Source: Yuukianura sp. NJ FZ-2021
Taxonomy: Eukaryota
DNA length: 64,000 nucleotides
Assembly: GCA_046563655.1 (NCBI GenBank)
Contig: CM102287.1
Location: 7,006,001 to 7,070,000 of the forward strand
Direction of reading: 5' to 3'
How positions within the stretch are numbered: the stretch's first letter is position 1; each line of letters begins with the position of its first letter. Positions 27,544-38,000 of the stretch are shown piece by piece. A program made the translations under genes and the position numbers. The notes under the pieces were generated by a model that was not told the DNA's origin, searched no databases, and saw only the letters and a program-made list of their open reading frames with translations.

Positions 27544-28939
27544 CTATACTAGTTTTTTCCCTTTCTTATTCTTTCCGGTACCGCCAAATCGTATGGGGAG
27601 CGTATCAAGGTCGACTGTTTTGGCAAGTTCTTTGGTCCATTCTTCTCGGTCATATCCAAAAATGAAGAAGGCGTTTCGGGTCGCCGTAGACATCAACGGT
27701 TTAATCAGATTCGTTACTCTCACAAAAGTAGACGGTGCTGAAGGTAAATATTTAAAGGATAAATATACTAAATTATAAATAATAAATATAAAAAATAGAG
27801 TAAGTTCTTATGATTTAAGTAATATTTCAAACCATTGATCCCCACGATTTTGTAGAAATTGTAAGGGTAGTACACCTCATGATGTGTCACCCAAGTTATA
27901 TAAAATGGAAGACCTAAAATTCAAAACATTCCCCTGCATAAATAAGTTACTTAAACACTTGCGAGAAAAATACGTTTGGCTAGGTATACTAAATTGAATT
28001 ATGTTAGCTAGCATGGGAATGACACTTACAGGCTACACAAGCTGATTTCCGAAGTGAGAAACCATTCGCATCTGCAAGTGCTAGAGTCTTTGGATCTCCG
28101 GTTAAGTTAAACGACAGTTGCGCCGACATTTCATCCAGGATATATGCACGCCGGTTAAGTTCTGAAAGTTTTCCAGCTAGACTTTTCTTACGCAAGTCCC
28201 AATCTCCAAAAGGACACATAGCGACTGCACATTTTAAAAACACATTATTTCATCAAAGGTAAAAAATACATACATATAGCAGGTTGTTTTGAATTTTGAA
28301 ACTTCAAGTTTCAAACTTGAATGTTAAAATACAATTATTTGTGAAGGTTAGAACTCATTAGTACTGGGAGCTCCGTAAATATCCCGATATGAAAAGTCCA
28401 CCACGTATGCTTTGGCCAGGTCAGATGGGACGTTTTCAAAAGGCAAATAGTCAATTCCTTCCGATTTCCTCCACTGAAGAGTCTGTAATATGATTTCAAA
28501 GAAAGTCGAGATCGAAAAATAACGAATTATTCCTTCTTGTATGTTATTATCAAGATAACCACTACCTTCTCCAAAGCTGTCCTGGCTTCAATATCGTTAA
28601 AGTTTTTGGCTAACAAAATAATTTTCATAAATGTCTTTGTTTTTAATCCTGTATATTTCAGTTTGCATCTTACCTCTCACCCACTTTACCAAATAGGCAT
28701 CTGACTGCATGTATTTTAACGTAAGCTTGTCGCCTAAAGCAGCCCTGAGCTACATGAAAAAAAAATCATTTATACTAAATAATTTATTACATTCCCTAAA
28801 AAAATATTTAAATGAAAAAAGAAATAATGTTTACCTTTTCTACTGCAGTTTTTTCCTTTTCTGTAAGCACTGGTGGTTTTCCTTCTGAAAAACTTGCTAA
28901 AAAGAAGCAAGCGGAAAACAACCAAAATGCGACAAGCAT
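27544..28939 (-). CDS. SEC14/CRAL-TRIO protein with signal peptide (paralogue 3)
   Basis: MLVAFWLFSACFFLASFSEG-KPPVLT, YMQSDAYLVKWV, PFGDWDLRKK, DANGFSLRKSAC and LPIRFGGT. Confidence 0.85.
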
Positions 28940-30230
28940 TTTTGCAATTATGGAAAATTAGTAGCGTGACAAATGAAATGAGTAATTGAATAAAAACCGA
29001 ATATAAAAAAATTCCTTCAGTTTATGTTGGCAAACTTTGATTAATGTAGCAGCTAGGGCCAGAGGCATCCCTTACAGTAAAGATAAAATTCTGAAAATTT
29101 TGCTACATTTTCTACTTATAGTTTGAAGGAATTCAAGAGGGTAAGACTTTGAAATTGAAGTGTGAAAAAAATCACACGTATTCTGAAGTCTCCCTAATGT
29201 AGCATTTTGTGATGCACTTGATTCCTTAGTAATGCTCGTTATGGATTATGGGAATGACTTTTTGTCAGTGTGGTCAGATTTTATACGTTCAGTAGTTGTT
29301 TTGGAATTATTTTAGTGTGTTTAGTCATACCATTAAATGTAAAAAACTTGTTTTTTTTAACAATTTACTTCTGAGAAATGGAGTCGGTAACCCCACTTAA
29401 CTTAACCGCGCCATTTCTAACTAAAACTTGAACCAAATGAACTGAAAAAAAACAAGGCTTTAAAAACCAAATGGAATTCATTCGAATTGGGAATCATTTG
29501 CTTACAAAATTGTTAAAAATTTTGAAAATCAATAAACTTGTGAGGTGAATCTAGTCAAATGAAAAATCGTTATTTCGTCTAATCCTGTGAACTTGACCCA
29601 GTATTTAAGCGCTTGGTCCACGTTATGTCTAACTAATGGTTTTAAGGATTTATATACAAGGAAAAAGGTTTATGCGCTAAAATCAGTTTAAAGTCCATCT
29701 CAACTAATCCTCAAAATCTTAAATTTTATACTTTTTAAACTGATTCAATTTATTTTGTAAATTATTACACAGAGTACGATTTTGTTAAAAAAAATTCTGC
29801 ATTGACTTGGCTATCAGAGTTTAATTTTTTTTTTGGTAATCATTAATAATTAGAAAGCCAAACTTCCTCTCTCCCATTATCTATTCCACAATTATTTTAC
29901 AAAAACGAATGTTCTATAGCGATAATTTTTACAAATTAAGAAGCTATTCAAAATTTGAAACAGAATTTTTTTTTTTGCTAATTGCGTAAGACAACAATAA
30001 GGCACTAACTTCACCTAGGGACTTAGTAGCAACACGATAATTTATTCAAACTTAAACTTGTTTTAGCTGAAGCTACGTGATCAGAATTTTGGTCCACTTA
30101 TTGCCGATTTTGAATTGCGTAACGAATGGTTTTATTTTATAAAACAAAGTTTTTTTTTAAAAAGTTACCCTGCAAGTTATTAAGCTAATTAATAAAAAAT
30201 AGTACCACTTCTCCATTTTAGTTTGCGTCA

Positions 30231-30263
30231 TATATAAAAGTGATTTGCACGTGTAGTTCATTC
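30231..30263 (+). promoter_or_regulatory. TATA box plus Inr-like core promoter of the EF-hand gene
   Basis: TATATAAAAG at 30231 with TCATTC ~27 bp downstream. The paralogue has TATAAAA (31248) and TCAGTC (31277) at similar spacing. Confidence 0.45.
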
Positions 30264-30318
30264 TGAAGTAGAAGAAATCAGCTTGAAATAATCTTCACGT
30301 CTTACGATAGGAACGGAA

Positions 30319-30846
30319 ATGTCTGTTTCAAGAAAGATAAGTTCTGCTACCAAAACATTTAAGCACGACTACAATAAGCCATTGTCAGAAGATGACTTGG
30401 AACAAATCCAACAAATTTTTAGATCTTCGTCAACCTACAGAAAATCCAAAGAAGACGGAGAAGAGTACATTTCCAGTTCAGAAATTCCAGAATTCCTTGA
30501 TGCAATCGACTATCATAAATCAGTGGAACAATTGGCGGAGTATGCCGCTTTTTGGAACAAGTATTACGACGGGAAGATTCCCCTATCAAAACTGATCGAA
30601 GGGTTTCGAGTATTGCACGAGACACCGCAAGTTTCAAAAGTTGTAGCTTCATTATACGATACTAACCGAGATGGGATAATTTCGGAAACGGAGTTCAAAG
30701 AATTCGTGCATCTGATGGCAACTCATGAACCGAAGTTGAAAGAGTTTACTTTTGCCAGGTTCGTGAAAGAGGCAGACACAAACAAAGATGGCGTCGTGTC
30801 TCTCGAGGAATTCTCTAAATGGGCTGAATATAATCTCAAGGTGTAG
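30319..30846 (+). CDS. Intronless calmodulin-like EF-hand protein (175 aa)
   Basis: Canonical C-lobe loops DTNRDGIISETE and DTNKDGVVSLEE; degenerate N-lobe. Confidence 0.9.
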   Translation: MSVSRKISSATKTFKHDYNKPLSEDDLEQIQQIFRSSSTYRKSKEDGEEYISSSEIPEFLDAIDYHKSVEQLAEYAAFWNKYYDGKIPLSKLIEGFRVLHETPQVSKVVASLYDTNRDGIISETEFKEFVHLMATHEPKLKEFTFARFVKEADTNKDGVVSLEEFSKWAEYNLKV

Positions 30847-31351
30847 CATAGTTTTTGTAAATGTATTTTCGGAGAGCTGCGGTTAATCACCATAATAGCA
30901 TAATTTTTTTTTTTCGAAATTTTGACAACTGCAATCGATACTCCTCTAATTTCTCATTTTTCGTTAGGTTAGATTTGGTCAACACTCTTCAACTTCTTAA
31001 AAAGCATGTTTCTATTTTATGAAACGCTGATTTGCATTATTAGTTGACTAAATTTTTGCAAATAAAGGTGATTGGCATTAAACAACTAATAAACCCGCAA
31101 TTTAATTAAGTTAGTTGCTACTTTTAAACAAATCTCTTCTTGTTTGAGGTCAACGCGTCTGCATTTCTTCTAAATACATATAATCTTTGTGGTTAGAAAA
31201 CAAGTATGCTTTGATAACCTCAAAACGTCTGTACTCTGTAATAAGCTTATAAAACCAAGGAATGAATGTTTCAGGATCAGTCTAAGCTGTTGCTATTGAA
31301 ATTGCCAAAGTGACACACGTTATTGACGATTTGGTGTTCTTTGCTCATTTT

Positions 31352-31855
31352 TTTTAGCTTTTTAAATCGCATTTCAATTGCTACCAGAGATTTTAGTAAA
31401 CCGTACACCGCCGAAGAGGTGGAGGAACTCAAACAAATTTTTCGACGTTTGCCGACCTACAAAAACGAGGGTACATTACGAGCCAAGATGAAGGAAACTT
31501 ATTCAAAGCAATTGGATTGGAACGAACACCGGAGCAGGTTGAAGAATACAAAGCATACTGGGACAAACATTTCGGAGGGATCATCACAGAATCAAAATTC
31601 TTGGAAGGATGTCAGTCCATTTACAGTATGGCAAAAAGTTCACTCTTTGCCGCTTCTGGATACGACAAAGATGGAGATGGATTCATTTCGACGGAGGAGT
31701 TTCAAGACTTTTTGCACCTCATGATAGTCCATGAGCCGAAGTTGAAAGGCGTCGATTTTGAAAAGTTCGTGGAGGAAGCTGACTCGAACAAAGATGGCAG
31801 AGTTAGCATTGAAGAATTTGCCATCTGGCTAGAAAAAACTCTGAACCCGGAATAA
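31352..31855 (+). pseudogene. Frameshifted paralogue of the EF-hand gene
   Basis: Homology runs in one frame (KPYTAEEVEELKQIFRR) and switches frame near 31461-31472 (GYITSQ..DKDGDGFISTEE..DSNKDGRVSIEE). No ATG at the homologous start. Confidence 0.65.
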
Positions 31856-32629
31856 TTTTAGCAAAGCTCAATTTGCGTCACATATTTTTTAATCAACTAA
31901 TCTGGCTGAATTAATTAAGTAGAAGTTGATACGTAATTAGAAGTTGTGTAAACGTTCTAAAAAAAATAGAGTCGCTTGAACAATTTTCAGGAAAAACCAG
32001 TTTCTACACAGCATCTTGTTTTAATACTCAATGGGGCTTGATGGTAGAAGTTTTGAGAGAGTTATATAAAACGATTAATGAATTGTAAGGTCCGTTTGGA
32101 ACCTTGAATAGTAAGAGCAATTAGACGCCATTTTTTGAAGATTTTGAATTACATTTCAACATAGTCTTAAAACATGTTGAGCACAAACTGTTCAAAACGA
32201 TGACTTACGCAAATAAAGAAATTGTAATTTAAAAACTCTTTTCAAAACCAAAACGTAAAATCTATTTATCTTTTGTTGATTAATAGAAATTGTTGAGAAC
32301 GCTTAAATACTTTCAGTATAACCAATTTTCGATATCTAGCTCGAGAACATTGCAAAAAAAAACACAAAAAGAACAAAAAAAGAAAGAAAGAAGACCAATC
32401 ATCGTTAAAGTTTATGAAGTAATTTTTCAAATTTTTTTATTTCAAATTGATTCAAATTGAATTATAGTAATGTTAAAGTAAATTGACTTTCTCCAGCATC
32501 GTAAAATGTAATGTGGGTTTATGATTGCCATTACGGTACGGCTTCCCCGCTTCCTAGTCTTGGATTTGAATGAGTCCAACTCGCTTACATTCTGAGCGTA
32601 CGGTTTTGTATTTAAAATAAAAATCCAAC

Positions 32630-35600
32630 ATGGAACTGTTCAAGCGTTTCGTCGCCAATATTTTCGTAATTTGTTCAATTTTCGACCAAATTACTTGTGA
32701 AGATTCATCGTGGAAAGAGGTAACTCTATCATTCAATTTAGAAACAAACTCGTTTCTTACAAAACTATGGTTTTTCAAATTAGATAACTTTAGTTTTGTT
32801 TTCTTTTTCTTTCCTTTTAGGACCACGTTCCAGTTCCGATGAAATATCCAATGAAGGCGGATAGTTTTGCAAACTATCTTGAATTTGTGAACACCCTACC
32901 AGACGCTTTTGGCAACATCCGTGGCACGACGACGGCGGACATTATCCAGAGGGGTGCCGAAGTTGCATATAATACTTCAAGTTTCAAGGCCTACTTTTGC
33001 CAAATTGGGTATCAATTCAAAGGGTTCGGGGGCAACATGATCCTTTGTTCCAGACTCAACACGGTTATTGGCAATCGCTTTGAATATGGTGACAAGAAGT
33101 GCATCAAAAACAACTGTGACCTCAAGCTACATTTGGAACCAGGAGAACTTGAAGATGAACCTCCAGAAGATGATGATATTCTGACTAACGTTATTGAAGG
33201 ATCAGAACCTGATCCATCAACTGTAAATACCTCAACTCTTTTTGACTGCTACAATGATAAAATGTGAGTAAAGATTACATTTAGCATGAGAAACTTCACA
33301 GCAGTTACTCAAATTTTTCACTTTTTCTTATAACAACTTAAATAGGAATACTTTGGTTTTTGATGTATCGATGATGTTTTGATGATAGTGTTTGTGGTGT
33401 ATCCATTTGCACAAAACATGGAGTTCATGGTTTTGGACAGGACGACTACGCATGTGCAACTAGCAGCGGTGGTAATATGGTGCAATGCGAGGAATGCTTA
33501 CCAGAAAAGTCATGCAGTAGCTACCAGTATGCGTGCGGGATGGTGAGTATTGTACCAGATGAGGGAGAGGAAACCGAAGGCGTCATTTGCTGTTTAAACA
33601 CTGAACTGGTATACAACTTTACAAATCTCAATTTTAGCATGAAATTGTTGTTGGTTTAGATTAGAAAATTTCTAAAAACGCGAGGTTAAAATACTATATG
33701 TGAAAAATTTCAAGTTTTCATTTTATAATTACAACTTCTTCATAATGTACTTACTTTTCATAATTTGCATTCAATTGTATTTTGGTTATAGAACGTCGTG
33801 CTGGTACCCGTCTCTGATCAAACGCATAAAAAACCCACCTATGGAGCTGCACAAATTAATGAAACAATTGAAAAGTACTTTAACGATTCTGGGCGTCCTC
33901 TGGCGGGAATAGATTTTCATGAGGAAGGCGATGATTTTGTTTACTCCGTTTGTCCGCCAGACTACTTTGTCCAAGGCTTCAACGGTGAAACACTTTTGTG
34001 TACCAAAGATGTCCAAAAAATTGACGTTAGCTACGACAATGACAATCGAAGACAATGTCTCCAGCACTTATGCTTCCCAGATGCCCCCGAAACTGGCTGT
34101 ATCAACTCAACTTCCAATTCTCCAAAGTACTTTGTTTGTTCAAATGACTACGTCACGAAAAGAGTCGACCTGAGCGTTCAAATTGTTTGCCAAGATGGTG
34201 GGATTCCAAATGAAGAAAATGTATTATCCAACCATGGTCTTTCGTGCGACCCTGACAGTTCATGTCCTGGCAATTCGAAACCGTGTGGTGTCATACAACG
34301 CGAAACTGCAAGGGATCAAGTTCTTGGATTGATTTGTTGTGATCCTGCAAACGTAAGATATATTTGTATTTAAAGTAATGTAATAATATTAAATATTAAA
34401 AGTGGTAACACATTGTGTAACATTTTGAAATATATTCATTACTACATTCTTAACTTTTTAGACAGCAGAGGCTCTGAAGGCATATATGAATGAACGCAAA
34501 CATGAATTCGAATACTTCTACAAACGTATAGCGGTAAATCATTATGCATTTTAACAAAAGAAAAAGTTCTTACAGTTGATTTCCGCTAAATTTTTTACAT
34601 GGGCAAATTATCTTCACCTACAAAATAAAAGTACCTATTTTTTTTTTTGGCAGATGGAACGTCAAACTCTGACTGTTGAGAATGATACAAATGAAGAGTC
34701 CATGCTGTTTAATGAAAAAATTCAAGATTACATGTATCCTGACGATATCTTACAACAGTACTTTGTGCCACTGTATAACAGGAAGATGTGGGCATACCAT
34801 AAAATTACTGACTTTAATTTTCCAACAACCCTCATCATGTGTCCAAATAATACGTACGTTCGTGGGATTCAAACAGCTCCGCTCTATGGCGATGCCTACC
34901 AAATCCTATGTAGTGAAATGGCTCCACTTATGGAGAAATATGAACAGAAATTGTTCAACACAGAGCACATTTGTCCACAATTGGTTCTACAGCCCGGCTT
35001 TCACCTTGCCGCTTGCGGACCTAACACGATGCATTTGCAATACGAATTCTGTACGGACGGGTACTACTATCTCTATTCCGTAACTCAGGGAATGGCAAAC
35101 AAGTGCGTTCAAAATCCCTGCGGAGAAAACACGGCCGTTTGTGGTATTACTAACTACAAATATGGACATGAACTGCTCGTAATTTGTTGCGAGGTAAAGT
35201 TTTTTCGCTAAACGTTAGCTTGACTTCATTTTGAGAAAAAACTAAAAACAATCATTGAATAACTTGAAAAAACTTAAACTTATACATTCTTAGCACCGCC
35301 AGCCAGAGCCTCTTAACCTTCCCGAGCTTTTGGGTCCAGACGGTAACCTCAACGATGAAGCCATAACATTTGTGTTGAAACGGCTCGCTAAAGAGTATCA
35401 GGTAATGTTTGAACGCGCAGATATTGAAATGCGTAGCGTAAAAATCCGGAAAAGTGAGACAAGTAGATTCTAAATTTAGATGGAGAATAACGGACGACGT
35501 GGTACAGACGAACAAGTTATTGATTACCATCGTCAAAAGCATGTAAGAAACTATATTTTATGTCAGAAAATATATAAAACTTGGATACTTTGTGCATTTA

Positions 35601-36327
35601 CAAAAACTAGTACAGAAAAACCATCTTATAACAACAAAGTTGAAGTGACGCTTAGAGTTGCTATAAGAGGGGCCTTTCTGTATGTTTCCAAAAAATTACA
35701 CCGAGAACAACATATCAGATAAATAAGGACACATTCGTTTTAAATTTGTTTTAGTACTTGTCGAGAACACTATTCGCAGCCACATTGGACGACTACAGGT
35801 CCGCGCCAGTCAATGAAGCAATCACTAGCGGGTCAACGATTCCAGATGCACTTAAAGCAGCTTCTGGACAAAACGGTTACGAGTATTGGCTGATCGATAC
35901 ACGCTACGACATGTACTACAACCAACCAGAAGCACTCCGTGCTGTTCTATGCCCAACAAATATGTTTGTCCGTGGATACGCTCCGCCTAACAGAGTTCTT
36001 TGCTCAGAGGAAGTACCGATTTTTGGGAAGGTATACACGACAATCCTAGGAGCAGAATCCACTTGCATTACTTCTGGTAGCACAGGATTACACGATTCAT
36101 TTAGCTGCTCCTTACGCTCGTTGATGCCGTCACACAACCAAGACGCCTACTTCTGTGTGCGCGGCTTTTATGGCCGTACCTCACCCACCTACGACACTGA
36201 TCCCTTGTGCACTAACGGCTACCAATGCTCGAACAAGGTCAACGGATCCAAGATTTGTGGATTGGTCACAGTATCAACCAATCCATCTGCAAATTGGTTT
36301 AAAGTTATATGTTGTAATGAAGTGTAA
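32630..36327 (+). CDS. Secreted protein with four copies of an uncharacterised Cys-rich module
   Basis: In-phase exons: 32630-32719, 32821-33263, 33389-33608, 33792-34352, 34462-34533, 34654-35193, 35294-35401, 35480-35542, 35755-36327. Leader is hydrophobic and each module ends CG..(G/L/K)(V/L)ICC. Confidence 0.7.
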
Positions 36328-36611
36328 TATCGAGTGAATTATGTTTAGTGAATGTACATAGGAACGTTGCCAAAAAAAATTAAATTTTAAATTTTACGTA
36401 CTATTGACGTAATGAAGCTTTCCAAAGGTTAAACTTACAAAAATTTTTGCTGCAATGGCTTAAATGTGATACCCCAGTAAGAAAGATTATTGTTTTCGTA
36501 TATTTTTTGAACATTTCAATTTTAATTAAATTTTATTCAAAGTTCCAGTTTTTCATGAAGTTTAACATTTATTTCAGCCACCCTCCAGTCCCAGTGGCAG
36601 ACAACTGTTTA

Positions 36612-36650
36612 CTGCTGCTGCTGATGCTGCTGCTACTACTACTACTGCTG
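36612..36650. repeat. (CTG)n/(CTA)n trinucleotide microsatellite
   Basis: CTGCTGCTGCTGATGCTGCTGCTACTACTACTACTGCTG. Confidence 0.85.
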
Positions 36651-36707
36651 GACTGAGAACTTGAGCTGGAGCTGGAAAACGAAGAGTGTTGATCACCTTT
36701 GAAGCAA

Positions 36708-36839
36708 ATGGACCTTGACCAGTCGTACTGGGTGAGAGAGCATGTGGACATCTACTTCTTCGTTTTCGCTGTACTTGCTGCTATCAACATCGTGATTCCA
36801 GTGACCTTGATTTGGATATGTCGAAAATGCTTTTTCTAA
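36708..36839 (+). CDS. Candidate 43-aa single-TM small ORF
   Basis: MDLDQSYWVREHVDIYFFVFAVLAAINIVIPVTLIWICRKCFF*. In-frame stop upstream and AATAAA at 36843. Confidence 0.35.
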   Translation: MDLDQSYWVREHVDIYFFVFAVLAAINIVIPVTLIWICRKCFF

Positions 36840-36989
36840 ACCAATAAATCATTGTTAACAACATCAATTAATCAAACTCTTGAACTCCATCCAACAAACC
36901 CATAATACCTTTTACTAAATGCCTCCAACATCACTGCAATAAGGTGGGAAATCCAAAGGTTAGGTGTGGGTTAAGGAAGTGGGCCCCAC

Positions 36990-37294
36990 TTGAAATGAGC
37001 CCGAATTGCATCTTTGATGAAAGCACCTTCGAGTTCTTCAGTGTCCCATCTTCCTCCAGTTTTTCCAGTTTGTTCCGGATGTCTGTCAATGCCTTTACTA
37101 CAACGGGATCCGTGTCATAAAGTCTGACCTGATGACCTCCAGAGGCAAAGAGCATTGCCCAAGACTTTCCAATAAGACCGCTATAATAAGATCAAACAAT
37201 ACAAAATGCAATGAGTTAATATCGCTAAAAAGCATCATCAGTGACTCAGTGAAACTTACCTCCCGAGAATGGCTACGATCACTTTGTTCTCCAT
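36990..37294 (-). pseudogene. CRYL1: 5' fragment of lambda-crystallin / L-gulonate 3-dehydrogenase
   Basis: Two exons give MENKVIVAILGS|GLIGKSWAMLFASGGHQVRLYD..LEEDGTLK. No downstream exons (QECVPE, HPVNPP) were found in the window. Confidence 0.75.
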
Positions 37295-38000
37295 GCTACC
37301 GATGCACTATGGGAAATGAGAAGAGAATGTGTTTCAACTTTTACGTGCAAAGTGAATGGAAAACCTGAAACACATTCCCTCTATATCTCCCACTGTGCGA
37401 TGCCTTGTATCGTATCTAAGTTCTCAGATTCGAGTATTGTAAACTGTAAATTTGACACTGAAATCTTGTTCCTTTGAGATTTCCGCTACCAATCTTCAGA
37501 CCCCAGAAAATGGAACTGGACATTCAATTCGTCTTGGCCGGAGCAGAAGAATCTGAAACAGTCAGAGTCAGAATTTATTAGGCAATAGGTCAGAGGTTCG
37601 GATATCAAGTAAGGCCAAGCTGAACACGATAATTTGTCATGTCTTGGTGTCAAATTTATCAAAGGACTCACTTCAGAGAGTGTACTGTTAAGTCGAAATG
37701 TCAACCGAAATTTTGCCAATGGTATGCTGCTTTATCAAATTTCAAAATTTTTGCGGTGTGTAGATTGGGTATGAATGTAGTATTTCGTTTTTTTCCCCGC
37801 TATTTTTAGAACAAATGAATGGAACTATACATAACTGTTTACTTCATACAAAAGTACTAATACTTGGACAACAATGGATGAGCATTGCTATACTGTCCAG
37901 AGGCAGGCCACCCCTTCCCCCCCCCCCCCCCTCGTCCCCCCTCCGAACTTTCTGGAAGGTTCGGCTATATCGAAAACCGATCATAGCCAGTAACAGTCTC

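Noticed and set aside
33346..33388. Apparent premature stop in the Cys-rich gene
   Set aside because: Using the AG ending at 33388 restores the frame (DKIVCG) and matches the paralogue's junction (DKIICS).
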